Assembly (NCBI GenBank): GCA_951406725.2
Contig: OX597814.1
Coordinates: 124,186,001-124,250,000 of the forward strand
DNA: 64,000 nt
Direction: 5' to 3'
Source: Octopus vulgaris
Taxonomy: Eukaryota
The position numbers and the translations under genes are program-made. The notes beneath the pieces are model-generated. The model had not been told where the DNA came from and made no database searches. It was given only the letters and a program-made list of their open reading frames with translations. How positions within the stretch are numbered: the stretch's first letter is position 1; every line of letters begins with the position of its first letter. Of the stretch, positions 38,386 to 52,861 are shown in pieces.

Positions 38386-39617
38386 CCTATATTGAAATCC
38401 CATGTAAAAAAGCACCCGGTACACCTGGTATAGTGGTTGGCGTTAGGAAGAGCATCCAGCTGTAGAAACTATACTAAAACAGACATTTGGAGTCTGAGCA
38501 GCTCTCTGGTTGGCCAGCTCCTGTCAAACCATCCAACCCATGCCAGCATGGAAAGCAGACTTGAAACGATGATGATGATGGTGATGGTGATGATATTTAC
38601 ATGTTATTATTTAGATCTTTATGTAAATGTTGTGAGATATAGCCAAAGGAAGAATGATATAATGTTAAATGTACATTTAGCATAATATTATTACAATAAA
38701 AATGTCATGTCACACATTTTTACTGGATACTATTTTAGTTTCATTTAAGGTAATTTTATCAAACTAAGAACTTGCCATCAGATATTGCACTTTAACAATT
38801 ACTGTATACGATAGCATATAATACACACTTTCTTCCCAAAAGTATGTCTCAAAAAAGCACAAAATACAAAGAAATAAGTTGGGTTTCCCATAAACTAATT
38901 TTATCCCTGATATTACAATATGTTAAATGATGATGATAATGATATTAAATATGCTCTACTGAAAATAGGGTGTATCTAATATGTTCATACATATTTTATG
39001 CCTTCGGATATGGAAATTATAATCTTCGCTTTTGTCTATAAGTACATATTATTGTCCTATTAATAGTGTCTGTGTGTGTGAGTACGTTATTTATTTTCCT
39101 GGAAAAATATTTATTTTTCTGGAAAAATATTTCTTTGCTAAGATCTAGTGAATGCCTTGATTTTGATTCTCCACAGAAAGACACTACCAAAGTGAATGAA
39201 GTTTTCCAACATCAGACACATTTATTTGTCAGAGCAAATGAAATACCAGAAATAAACCACAAAATTGTCATTATGACCATAATCACAATCATTAGCATTT
39301 AACACTCATTTCCCATGTTGGCATGAGTTGAACAGGTTGACAAGAGGGCTGCACCAGGTTCTCCATTCATCTGTTTTGGCATGGTTTCTATGGATGGATG
39401 CCCCTTCCTAATGCCAGTCACTTTACAGAGTCTACTGAGTGTTACTTATGTGGCTCTGTCATGGGTGCTTTTTAATGTAGGGCCACCATGAATGCTTTTA
39501 ATGTGGTGCCAGCATGGATGCTCTTTACATTGTGCCAACATGAGTTCTTTTTATATGGAGGCAGCAGGAGTGATTTCTTATGTGGTGCTGGTACGGATGC
39601 TTTTTATGTGACATCAG

Positions 39618-39964
39618 TACACACACGCTTGTACGCACACATGCACACACATGTACACCCACCCACATGCACACACACACTCACATGCACATGTGTGCAT
39701 GCACACACACACACACATGTATGGATGTACGTACGTACACACACACATGCATACATGCACACACTCACACACACATGCACATACACACAAACCCACCCAT
39801 TCATGCATACGTGCACACACATGTGCATGTGCTCACATACACACACATGCATGCATGCACACACACATACACGCATACACACACACACACATGTACATAC
39901 ACATGCACTCACACACTCAAAAACATGCACACACTTAAAAATATACACAGATGTGCACACATAC

Positions 39965-40003
<39 letters not shown>

Positions 40004-40050
40004 GACTGCAGCCATGGTGGGGGTCACTGCCTTGAAGAATTTTAGTCAAG
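39618..40050. repeat. Degenerate (CA)n/(CATG) satellite, sister block at 41790-42225
   Basis: Both blocks end in ACATGGACTGCAG.CATGGTGG.GTCACTGCCTTGAAGAATTTTAGT. They produce spurious His/Thr-rich ORFs. Confidence 0.7.
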
Positions 40051-40440
40051 CGAATTTTCTGCAATACTTGTCGGCCATGATTTTATTTAGCATGACTGAC
40101 TCTGTGGGTACTGGTACCACATAAAAAGCACCTGTGAAAACCATGCAATCCAGTTACAGAAGTTCCATCAGTAAAGTGAAAGTAAATGAATTCAGCAATG
40201 TACTCAGTTATAGACAGGCATCCATCAGTGTTTGGTAGTTCTCAGTCCCATCCTGTTTACTATAGCCATGGCTGAAAGAGAGTAGTCAAAGGCCTGTTAT
40301 CCATGGGATTACCCATATGTTGTTGTCTTAGTTTTTACAGCTGAATCCCTCAAAAATAAGAGAAGAAATTTGTGACATGGAAGCAAAAATCCCTTGTCTG
40401 TCTTTGTTTATCTCCTTTATGTTTAGCTCCTTGCGGGCAA

Positions 40441-40675
40441 AGGCGGCGAGCTGGCAGAAACGTTAGCACGTCGGGCGAAATGCTTAGCGGTATTTCATCT
40501 GCCGTTACGTTGTGAGTTCAAATTCCGCCGAGGTCGACTTTGCCTTTCATCCTTTCGGGGTCGATAAATTAAGTACCAATAACGCACTGGGGTCGATGTA
40601 ATCGATTTAATCCCTTTGTCTGTCCTTGTTTGTCTCCTGTATGTTTAGCCCCTTGTGGGTAATAAAGAAATAAAA
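40441..40675 (+). mobile_element. tRNA-head SINE family A, representative copy (others at ~1-87 -, 1803, 3061, 16427, 20925, 23555, 36502, 42475 -, 53119, 60653)
   Basis: A-box-like GAGCTGGCAGAAACG, B-box GAGTTCAAATTCC, core GCCTTTCATCCTTTCGGGGTCGATAAATTAAGTACC, tail AAAGAAATAA. More than 10 copies in the window. Confidence 0.85.
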
Positions 40676-41797
40676 TAAAGAAATAAGAAAATCCAGCTCA
40701 AAAAAAAGCCTCATGATAGCAAAGGAGAATGGGCACCAGCCAGCCCAAAGGTTGGGGTGGGCTGCACCTGCCTACCTCAGTTGCTATAACATTGAAGTAG
40801 ATCCAGCCACCCTCATTAACGGGGACAAAACCTGAATTTAAAACACTGGCTGATGATGATGATGTGGCTCTTTAGAAAACATAACAACCAGAATGAGAAG
40901 AAGATGGAAAATGTTTAGGGAGACTATTACCTCTGCTAGCAGCAAAATGTTTCTTTCTTTGAATGAAGGGAAGATTGTATGATATTTGTGTAAGGTGTGT
41001 GATGTGGTATAATAGGAAAACATGGGTACTGAATAATGAGGAAGTGTGAAGGTTAGAATGGAAAAGGGATGTTAGCGTGCATGCATGATGCCTGAAAGAA
41101 AAACTGGGTTTAAGGAGAAACAGAGAAGAAAATGCACAGGTGGCAGTTGGGTCAAGGAGTGCCAAATAAAAGTGGAAAAACTAAAGAAGACATAAAAGGA
41201 AGTGGTGAAGGTTTGTCTTGGGAGGCTGAACCTTACAACAGAGATGCCAAAAGACCATAATATTTGACAAGAAGATGTACTGGAGAAAATCTATTAAGCC
41301 CATACATAAAAGAGGAAAATGAATTCAGAAATGATGTTGGTGGTAGTGGTGGATGGTGGTGGTGGTGGTGGTGGTGGTAGTGGTGGTGGTGGTGGTGATG
41401 ATGATGATGATGATGATGGTGATTCACAGATAATTCATTTTAGTTTATTTATTTGATTGTATTTATTCAGAGCCTACAAATAGTAAAAGTGGAAATTAAA
41501 TGTTGCTTTAAGAACACAAGCTGTTCAGCATCAATGAATTATTGATGCATGTAGGAACTGCACAAAGTTTTGGTTCTGGCACAGTTGGAACTTTGTCACA
41601 ATGTTGTAGTTCATATATATATAACATTTTAATGGTGTTTAGCCATTAAGTCTGTGTGCACTGTCAGATTTCACCTTTATGTAAGCACAACATCAATGCC
41701 CTAACCCTTACTCTATATTCACCACACACATATGTGTGAGTGTATACACAAACAGGAAACAGGTGGTTAGGAAGTGAACCTTTTTCCAGGTCTACAC

Positions 41798-41831
<34 letters not shown>

Positions 41832-42971
41832 TATGCACGCACATGCACACACTCACATGTGTACACACACTCACACACATGTGAGCATGCGCACACACAC
41901 ACACATACATACACACACATGCATAAACGCACAAACGTGCGTGCACACACTCACACACACGACACACACATACACACATGTACATACACACAAACTCACC
42001 CACACACGTGCAAACGCACACACATATGCATATGCTCACATACACGCATATGCACGTATACATGCACACACACAAGGACACACACACATACATGCACACA
42101 CACACGTACATACACACACATACACACACACACTCAAACTCACACTGACACATGCACACACACACACACACACACACATGGACTGCAGGCATGGTGGTGG
42201 TCACTGCCTTGAAGAATTTTAGTAAAACAAATCGTCCCCAGTACTTATTCTTTTGTTTTTTTAAGCCTGGTACATATTCTATTGGACAACCTTTGCTGAA
42301 GCACTAAGTTACAGGGATGTAAACACACCAACACCAGTTATCAAGTGATAATGGAGAACAGACACAGACACAAAGACACATAGAAACACACATACACAAA
42401 TACACACATACACACAAACTTACACACACACACATACACACACACATATATGCAATGAATTTCTTTCAGTTTCTTATTTCTTTATTGTCCACAAGGGGCT
42501 AAACATAGAGGGGACAAACAAAGGGATTAAGTCGATTACATCGACCCCAGTGCATAACTAGTACTTAATTTATTGATCTCAAAAGGATGAAAGGCAAAGT
42601 CGACCTCAGCGGAATTTGAACTCAGCGCTAAGCATTTCACCCGGCATGCTAACATTTCTGCCAGCTCACTGCCTTTCAGTTTCTGTCTACCAAATCCAAT
42701 CATAAGGCTTTGGTGTGCCTGGGGCTATAATAGAAGACACATTCCCAAGGTGCCACACACCAGGACTGAACCCAGGACCATGTGTCTGGGAAGCAAACTT
42801 CTTACCACAGTCACACCTGCACCATACATACATACACACATACATACCCATATACATACATATATACATACATACATAATACATACATACATACATAAAT
42901 GCATGCATGCATACATACATAAATGCATGCATGCATACATACATACATACATACATACATACATACATACA

Positions 42972-43008
<37 letters not shown>

Positions 43009-45377
43009 CAAATTAAAATTAAAAGGGTGGCTTATTAGCAATTAGAACCTAAAAGTAAAATTAATAGGGATCACAAAAGCGATGAAGGGTACTGACTAGA
43101 ACCACTTATGCTACAGTCAGAGTTACATTAACTCTTATTTTAGCATAAGTGGTCACTTTTGTGACCTCTATTAATTTTGTCTTTACACATATATATATAT
43201 ATATATCATCAACATCATCATCGTTGTTTAACATCCGCTTTCCATGCTGGCATGGGTTGGACAGTTTGACTGAGGACTGGTGAGCCAGAGGCTGCACCAG
43301 TCTCAATATGATCTGGCCAACTTTCTACAGCTGGATGCCCTTCCTAATGCCAATCACTCCGATATATATATATATATATATATACTTGAATGAATAAGTA
43401 GATATAGCTTTCTTGAGGCGATAATCTTTATTTTAATCTTAATAATAATAATGATGCTTACAGTAACTGTAAACATTATTATTATTCTTATTATTATTAT
43501 TAAGATTAAAATAAAAATTATCTCCTCAAAAAAGCCATTTCTACTCATTCTTTGAAATATATATAGTACTCTACCAAGCACTTACTCTTTATTATTCTAT
43601 GTATATATATATATCATCATCCTCAACATCGTCATTTAACGTCCATTCAACTAATAATATTCTTAAGGGTGTTAACATTTTTGAAGAGGGCTGGTCTCTA
43701 GCTACATTTTGGCATAAAAAAATTGAGATTTGATCCCGTAGAAAAAAGTTTACATCAAAATTTGCAGCAACATTATAAGAGAGTAAGTAACACCACCAAT
43801 CATGTTTAGCTCTAAATAAATTTTTTTATTTTAAAAACCAAATATATTTATCTTAGCTTCAATGATAGAAGAAAGCATGAAGAATTTCATAGTTTTGTTC
43901 CCATACAACAAAAATTTGTATCAAAACAGTTGCGAGGTAAAATATTATGAAAAAATATATGTAAGGCAAAAAATTGGATTTCAGTATAATTAACTTTTTA
44001 TTTAGAAACAAATTATATTTTGATTAAGCTTAAATGGTAGAGCTCAATTTGAAGAATGCCCAAACGTTGTGTAAAACCTAATTGATATCATTGGAACCTT
44101 AAATGAACCAATACTTTGTGAGTGGAACTGGACAAATGGAAAATCTATGGAAACCTCTTCATTTGAAGGTATTGCTGACACAGCCTTATCATACATTGTG
44201 TCATACTGATTGTCATTGAGAATTATGTGAAAGGCATATGCATCTGTGAAGTACTCAGCCACTTCACATGTTAATTTTAAAGAGTGTGTCATTCAGTTGT
44301 TGAAAAACCTGAATATTGCTGCCAAAATCAACAGCGGACCCATTCTAGTAACTAGAAATTACTTTCAAATTAATACTTAGAATAAATGTTATATTAGGTA
44401 ACATCCTAACCACTAGCTGTGTAGCCTAGTAGCTAGAATATGGCACTCACAGTTGCTAAATTGTAGGTTCAATTCTTGGACCAGGTAGTACATTGTGTTC
44501 TTGAGCAAGACACTTTATTTCACATTATTTCCCATCCATTCAGTTGTAAATAAGTAACCCAGGTCATCACAATCGAAGTACATTTTTATTCATGGTTACT
44601 ATATTCTGAGATAGATTGGAGGGCAATTTCTTATTCAGATATTCCACTTTTTCATTGTCTTTATAGCTGTGCCCATTTTACTTCCTATCATCACTTGAGA
44701 GTTGCTATGTCCTTGGCAAAACTCAAGAGTCCTCTCTATGTTACACTATCTCCATTTGTCTGCCAAACATTTCATAGAGTGTGATGTGCATTTTGCCATG
44801 ACACTGACTCTTGAAAGGTTGTCTTGTCCCTCGAGTGATTATCAAGTCTTCCCTACACTGTTTTGATCTGTTTCCATTTTCTCAAGGGAAATGTAACCAT
44901 AAAGGTGAATAGAGATCAAGGAGCAAGAAAATGAATGAAGAGAGTATTGACATGGATGTGATGGGAAAACAGGGTGATAACAATGAGAGCATGTTAAAGG
45001 TGGGAGTAATGAAAGAGAGATAGTGATAGGTAGCTACATGCTGTTTGTTGATGAGGTGATTGAATAGAAAGACATCATAATGTAATAGGAAAAGAGAGAT
45101 AGGTGGAAAAAGTCAAATTATGGAACGAGAAATATGTCAGAATGGATTGTTATAAGAGAGGATAATGTGTGTGTGTGTGTGCGTGTGTGTGTGTGAGTAA
45201 GAGAAATGAATTCTGTTAAGTGTGTGGTAGATGTCTATGGGCATTCACACTGTGGAGTGACACAGTGACAGCCAGCAGTAAAGAAGACTGATGTTATGAG
45301 TATTAAATATGGCAAGATCTATAGCCATTTCTTGCTACACACGAATTGTACATACATAAAACCATACACACATGCAT

Positions 45378-45412
<35 letters not shown>

Positions 45413-45622
45413 TCACACTAACAATTATATATGTAAAAGTATATAAATATATGCATAAGTATGTATACGTTTATTAAATTTTTTATCATGTCTGTTGTGT
45501 ATCCTTTTCCCCTCCCCCATCATTTTTATCTAGCTTTGATTGTCCACCTTCTACCATATGTATTGTAATGTTTGACATTTATTGTATTCTATGTGCGAGC
45601 CTTTTGTGGCTAGTAAACAAAC

Positions 45623-45674
<52 letters not shown>

Positions 45675-45994
45675 GTTATTATTATTATTATTATTATTAT
45701 TAATACTATTATTACTATCATTATTATTATTGTTTGTTTTTGGTGTGTTATTCTTTATTTATAAGGTTTCTAATTCTGTTATTTCAATATCTGTGACTTG
45801 AGCACCAGACAAGAACATGTCAATTCTTTTGGTATTATTACTATTTTATGTTGGAAATTAAATGAAAATGTGTCAATGGTTGTACAAGGGATGATAGCAC
45901 AGGCAGCAAGAGTACAATGTATTTATATATGCGTTTATATATATATATATATATGTACATATACAACCATACATATACAGATTCATATATGTAT

Positions 45995-46041
<47 letters not shown>

Positions 46042-46379
46042 CATATATATATGTATATCTATGTATGTATGTATATATATGTATATATACATATATGCCT
46101 ACACACATACATATACATATATATACATGCGCGTGTATATAAATATATGTAAGCATGTATTATACTGTGCATATATGTATGTGCGTGTTTATGTGTATGA
46201 ATGTGTTAAAACGATAGCAATGATATTTGCTTGCCTGTCTGTCCAGCTTTCTTCATCTATTCTATCTATATATGTATCTGTGCATATATATATATATATA
46301 TATATACACCGGAGTAAACACATAAATGTGAAACAAGGTGGAAAAAAGAGTACTCAAATACCAGTGGTAGAGTAATATG

Positions 46380-46514
46380 CTTTATTTTAAGCAGCAGAAA
46401 ATTCAACAAAATCTGTTACTCTGAGTTTCTCGTTGCCGTTCATCAGGTCTGATGAACGGCAACGAGAAACTCAGAGTAACAGATTTTGTTGAATTTTCTG
46501 CTGCTTAAAATAAA

Positions 46515-46515
<1 letters not shown>
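46380..46515. repeat. Perfect 67-bp-arm palindrome with 2-nt loop, made of two divergent hammerhead cores
   Basis: 46380-46446 is the exact reverse complement of 46449-46515. Each arm reads outward CTGATGA acggcaacga GAAA ctcagagt A acag. Confidence 0.9.
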
Positions 46516-46570
<55 letters not shown>

Positions 46571-46572
<2 letters not shown>

Positions 46573-47057
46573 GAAGATACCTGTGTGAAAAAGTGTCACA
46601 CCCTAACAGTGGAGGGACCCTGTGGAAGAAGTAGACCCAGGAAAACCTGGGATGAGGTGGTAAAGCACGACCTTCAAACGCTGGGTTTCACAGAAGTGAT
46701 GACAAGCGACTGAGACCTCTGGAGATATGCTGTGCTTGAGAAGACCCGGCAAGCCAAGTGAGACTGTAATCATAGCTGATGCCAGTACTGCCTAACTGGC
46801 ACCTGTGCTGGTGGTATGTAAAAAGTACCATTCGACCATGGTCGTTGCCAATGCTGCCTGACTGGCTCCTGTGCCAGTGACATGTAAAAAGCACTCACTA
46901 CATTATCGGAGCAGTTGGTGTTAGGAAAGGCATCCAGCATAGTAAGTTTGCCTGGTCAGATTGGAGCCTGGACAGCCTTCTGGCTTACCAGTCCTCAGTC
47001 AAACAGTCCAACCCATGCCAGCATGGAAAGCGGACGTTAAACGATGATGTTGATGAT
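46571..47057 (+). mobile_element. 5'-truncated RTE LINE
   Basis: EDTCVKKCHTLTVEG..RPRKTWDEVVKHDL plus the 3' UTR repeats and (GAT)n tail. Confidence 0.85.
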
Positions 47058-47508
47058 ATTTGTAAACAAACCCAGAGGCTTGATAATTTATGGAGAAAAA
47101 GCGACTATGAAAGTCCCTTTCATAGAATAATGACTATATAATAATGTATCGTAATAATACTAGATATACTCTGATTAAAGTGACGTTTATCAAAACAATT
47201 GACTGAAAAATGATGAGCTAACTCCAGCTAGAATCGAACCTACATATCAACAGTAACATGGCTCCTTGTGCATCCAACTGAGCTAGAACACTCACCCATA
47301 AATTTCAGTCAGATTTTATGTATAGATACTTAACTGTCTAGAACTACACACACACACACACACACACACGTCTTTTAAATTTGTTTGTGGGAAATATTTT
47401 GAATATTCAAATGAAGATCCTATTCCATTATGTCGGCCACCATCTAATGATGCTGACAAGTGAGCCAGTTTTTCGGAGTTTTATCAAATTGTACCAATAT
47501 TATGTAGG

Positions 47509-47540
<32 letters not shown>

Positions 47541-47687
47541 TTTGACTATATATCTTCTGGAGGAGTTACCTCAATCCTTTCTGTATTAACCAAAATGAAG
47601 TAGATAGACAAAATTATTTTTTGAGACACACAAGATGTCGAAATATCGTTCCCTAGATAACAATGGCACTGTTCTTTTAATTTTGAC

Positions 47688-47747
<60 letters not shown>

Positions 47748-47778
47748 GTAATAATAATGATAATAATGAAGAAAAAAT

Positions 47779-48164
47779 GTGACGAAAAAAATGTTTTCTA
47801 ATTGATGTATCAATACCAGCGGATGACAACGTGTCTCTAAAAGAAATGGAGAAACTTTCAAAATACAAAGACCTGGAAATAGAGGTAACCAGAATGTGGA
47901 ATCTAAAAACAGAAACAATTCCTATCATAATAGGTGCATTAAGCATGATAAAAAAATATTCAGACAAATATATAACAAAAACACCAGGACTTACAAACAC
48001 ATATAACATACAAAAAATTGCACTACTAGGCACTGCACACATCCTATGCAGAACACTTTCCATACAATAACCATCAGAGCATCACAACAAATCACAGCAC
48101 ATACCCAAGACACACAGAGCTGCGCTCGGTAGTGAAGTGAAAGCATGCTATAAAAAATATACTA

Positions 48165-48168
<4 letters not shown>
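47779..48168 (+). mobile_element. Dong/R4-clade RLE 3' fragment
   Basis: CFLIDVSIPADDNVSLKEMEKLSKYKDLEIEVTRMW..IPIIIGAL..IQKIALLGTAHIL. Embedded in (TAA)n. Confidence 0.85.
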
Positions 48169-48205
<37 letters not shown>

Positions 48206-48274
48206 TAATCCTTGGATGGAATTTATAAAAATCTAATACATCGCTATGCACGTTTCCCCAAATCACATGACTCT

Positions 48275-51270
48275 TCAGATCACAGTTCGTATTCCTGGGA
48301 TGATTACAGTGTAATTCATAGTATCTGTTGGCATTGTGATGATTATTTTCATGGATTCATTTCTTCAGGTGATATAACGTTAGTTGATCTACAAAAGAAG
48401 GATGCTTATACATTTTTACCAGTATGAAGGTCAAGTGAGTTCTGTGGGTATTTCTGTGTGTGTTTGGTGTGTGGAGGATGGGGGGTGATGGAAATAGAGA
48501 GGAAGGAATGGTAGTTATATGGGGATGGAGGTGTGTGTGGTCGTGTTGGTATTGTTTTGCTATTTATTCAGCAGATGTTAAGGATGGGTAGTGCATTCTT
48601 TTGTTTGATCTCATTTAAGACATGACTGTCTTCAATAGTTTCTGAACTAGATTGCTGGTATATTATAATATTACATGGAAAAATGTGAGCATGAAAAGTA
48701 ATGTTCTTAAGATTATAAACCTGGAAAAGTGCAGGACAAGTTATTACATCTGGAAAAGTACAGGACAAGTTATTACTTCTAGTAAAGTAAAGAATAAGAA
48801 ACTTTTTACTTAAAATATTGCAGCAAAGAATGCCAATTCTTCTAATTTATAACTCTTTACAGTTCTCATCTTTCAAATTTATGCACAAAACTGTTCAGCT
48901 AATTTGTAAGTTTGTCTAATTAGTCACTTTCTGTATTTAAAATAGTAAATTAGCCAAATTCTACTTAAATAAGTATAGTGTTATTTGTAAACTATAATAA
49001 AATTTTAATATACAAATTTTAATTTTAGCTGCAATATTTTAACTAAAAAGTTTTTTATTCTTTACTTTACTAGAAGTAATAGCTTGTAATAATAGGTGTA
49101 ATAACTTGTCCTGTAATTTTCCAGGTTTATAATCTTAAGAATATTTTCATGCCCACATTTTTCCATGTAAGCCATGATTTTCCCAGGCATTGCTGTTATT
49201 AGATAATAATGTGTCAATTAATAATTTAAGATTTTACCTTATATAATATTGAAAGATAATATTTCAATTTTTCCATGTAAGTGATGAAAATATTTCAATT
49301 TTTTTGCATGTTTAATTTAAATATATGTTGTGATTGAGTTATCTGATATTACCCATCCACACCTAATTAATGGCAGGGATTTTTACCATGTTGTTGGTTG
49401 CATCATGGCTCACCAAAAGTTACAAACAGCAAGACCCCAAAACCATCAGTTACCAGGCTCACTTTAATTAACCTAATTTTGCAATATTAGGAGATCACTG
49501 GAATTCATTCAATGAAAATAAAATTCCAATGATTCCGGGATTGTGGTGGGGGAAACCCTCACCTCATTTTTTCTGAACCAAAATAAGGGATTTGCAATAT
49601 ATTAGGAGGTCAGGGTACTTGGTTCCACGCAAAAAATTAAATCATTTGTTTTTTTTCCTAAGTGAAAATCGTGCGTGTGTTAATATAGAAATTTACCATA
49701 ATGTTGTTGTTATTTAGCCTCAAATCAACCCTGATACTGCAAATGTACCATCAAAGACATTCCAACCTTCAGCAAACTGTCTTTTTAGGGATAATTTAGG
49801 ACATTACATACAATGGGCGTGTGATTTAGGTAGGAGGATACTTTGGCTGCTATTTTTTAGGTAGAGACTCTTTCATTGGTTCGATTGCGTGATGATATTT
49901 TTTTACATATATATGTAATATGTATATATATCATCGGCAGAAGTTGGAGAGTAAATCAAAAGTGGAGAGTTTTGTGTATATTTATCAAACACAAATTTGT
50001 CCATTGTCACTCTGTAACTTCCGACGAAATAACTTCTAAAATACAAAATTAAGAATAAACCCTGTTCTATGTGATACATTCTGCCAGTATCGGAAGTTTG
50101 AAAGCGTTTAGTTAAAAAAAATTAATAAAATAATCTGTACATCAAACTGAGCTTGGCAAAATTTGAACTCAAAACTTGAAGACAGACGAAATATCATTAA
50201 GTATTTTTCTTGGCACACTAACATTTCTGCCAGCTCGCCACCTTAGAGTCTAGACATACATTTTAGAAATATATTCTTTATTCTTATTGCTTAAGAGTTA
50301 CTTCCTCACTTACTTACTGACATAAAATTTCGTAACATTTTACTTCATAACTGTTTTTCTACTAACTTTTGCTCAATGCAACTAACGAATTCCTCATGCA
50401 TTTTTCTATCATTTAAGCATCAGAAAAGTACTTTTAATTTCAAATTAAAACATGTCTGTTAATTGAAGATGAATATCTACCTTACTGCCCCCCTTGAGGC
50501 CACAGATATTTTGATATAACTTTTTTTCTACTGAACCAAATCTCAAACTATTTATGTCAAAGTGTAGCTGAGGAGGTGTCCTCTTTAAAACTATCAACAG
50601 TTTGCAATTTAGTTGAGAACTGAAATAATTGTGAAGCTTGGAAGCTGCTGCGATTGACGAAATGGTGGACTTAAGAATATATTATAATATATATATTACA
50701 ATATATATAATATGTATTATAATATATATACATAATATATATATTATAATATAATTATAATATATATATTGTAATATATATTATAATATATGTATCATAA
50801 TATAATTATAATATATATATCATGATTTACCAGCAGTCCCCGATGATCTGTTGAGTTCAGGAACTATTGAAAACTGTCATGACTTAAAGGAAATCAAACA
50901 AAAGAATGTATTACCCATCCTTAACATTTGCTGAATGAATAACAAAACAATACCAACGCCACCACACACACCTCCATCATATAACTATTATTCCTTCCTC
51001 TATTTCCATCACCTCACCTCCTCCTCACCATCAAACACACAGAAATATCCACAGAACTTGCTTGACCTTTATACTGGTAAAAATGGACAAGCATCCCTCT
51101 TTAGTAGATCAACTAATGTTATCTCTCGTTGTGAGATTTAAAAAATAGTAATTTTCTAACTAATGTTATATTGTCTGAAGAAATGAATCAACAATGATGA
51201 TCAACCGGATGCCCGTGGATACTACAGGCTACACTGTAATCATCCCAGAAATAGGGACACGTGATCTGTG
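48275..51270. mobile_element. Fold-back/long-TIR element: ~400-bp diverged inverted repeats enclosing a nested palindrome
   Basis: ~48275-48660 is reverse-complementary to ~50828-51270. Inner arms ~48671-48831 and ~49022-49170 are also inverted. No ORF. Confidence 0.65.
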
Positions 51271-51524
51271 GAAACGCATGTACTACATGCCTACTTAATT
51301 GAGGATGGGGGTGGGGGTCTTATCTTGTTAGTTCCAGGGTGCCATGAATAAATGACCCAAAGCTCTCTGTAAAGGGCCCTGGCTGTAGAAACCCTGCTAA
51401 AGCAAACATTGGACCTTGGTGGTGTATTCTGGATTGTTAAAACCAGATTTACAGTACATGTCATGCTAATATGGAAGATGGAGATTAAATGATGAAAATG
51501 ATGACAATGACGACAATGATGATG

Positions 51525-51569
<45 letters not shown>

Positions 51570-52062
51570 TTGACATATAATATATATAATAAATTCTTAG
51601 TTTTACATTAATGAAATTTGAGTAACCAGTACATATAACTGTTAAATATCAATTAGGCATTGTTCGTTAGTGATTATACATTATGACTTCAAGATTCATA
51701 TTACAGAATAATTATCCAAATATTTATGCGGTGAGAAAATAATATCCACATCTAGAAATACCTTCCTTTGCAATTAATTACACTGATGTGCAATGTCTGC
51801 TTTGGCAGGGATTCTACAGCAGGATGCCTTTTCTGATGTCAACCACTTTACAGGGTATTGTGGGTGCTTTATTCATAGCACTGTGACACCAAGTAACTCT
51901 CAAGATAAGATTCAATCCTCAATTCAATAGGGATGTAATAACGAGGGAGGGAGGTGGCTTTATGGCAAATGTTGAGTGTTTGAAGTATGATAGAGGGACA
52001 GGAACAGGTATGCGCATACATACATACACACATATGCATGTGTGTATGTGTGTGTGTGTGTG

Positions 52063-52112
<50 letters not shown>

Positions 52113-52272
52113 TATATATATACACACACACATATATTTGTATACACACACACACACACACACCAGAGTAAGCACATAAATATGAAACAAGGCACGACGA
52201 ACGGGAATGTGAAATTCTGAGTAACAGTTTTGTGATGTCTTTGCAGTTTTATTAATAAAGTGTGTGTGTGTG

Positions 52273-52314
<42 letters not shown>

Positions 52315-52861
52315 TATATATATATACACATATATATACATATACATATACAAACATATATATGTATATGTATATGCCTTTATATATGTATACACATATA
52401 TTTAGACTAGACATATACATCATCATCATCATCATCATCGTTTAGCATCCGTTTTCCATGCTAGCATGGGTTATACGGTTCTACTGGGGTCTGTGAAGCC
52501 AGAAGGCTTCATCAGGCCCAGTCAAAATCTGGCAGTGTTTCTACGGCTGGATGCCCTTCCGAACGCCAACCACTCCGTGAGTGTAGTGGGTGCTTTTTAC
52601 GTGCCACCCGCACAGGTGCCAGACAGAGCTGGCAAACGGCCACGAACAGATGGTGGATTTTTATGTGCCACCGGCACGAGGGCCAGGCGAGGCTGGCAAC
52701 GGACACGAACGGATGGTGCTTTTTACGTGCCACCGGCACGATATACATATATATATAAATATATGTGTGTGTGTGTGCATTCAAAAATGAGTGCATTGAT
52801 TCCTATAGAAGAAACAGCTGTAAGCTGAAATACATGACATAATTTCTTGTCATTTTAATTA

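Noticed and set aside
39488-42222. His/Thr- and Cys/Val-rich ORFs of 100-185 aa
   Set aside because: These are translations of (CA)n/(TG)n satellites. The same applies to the YI-, MYVC-, poly-L and poly-I ORFs throughout the window.
47218-47292. tRNA-like sequence on the minus strand (TAGCTCAGTTGG...GGTTCGATTC)
   Set aside because: A and B boxes are present but I could not form a proper anticodon or acceptor stem. It is probably a SINE head or pseudo-tRNA.
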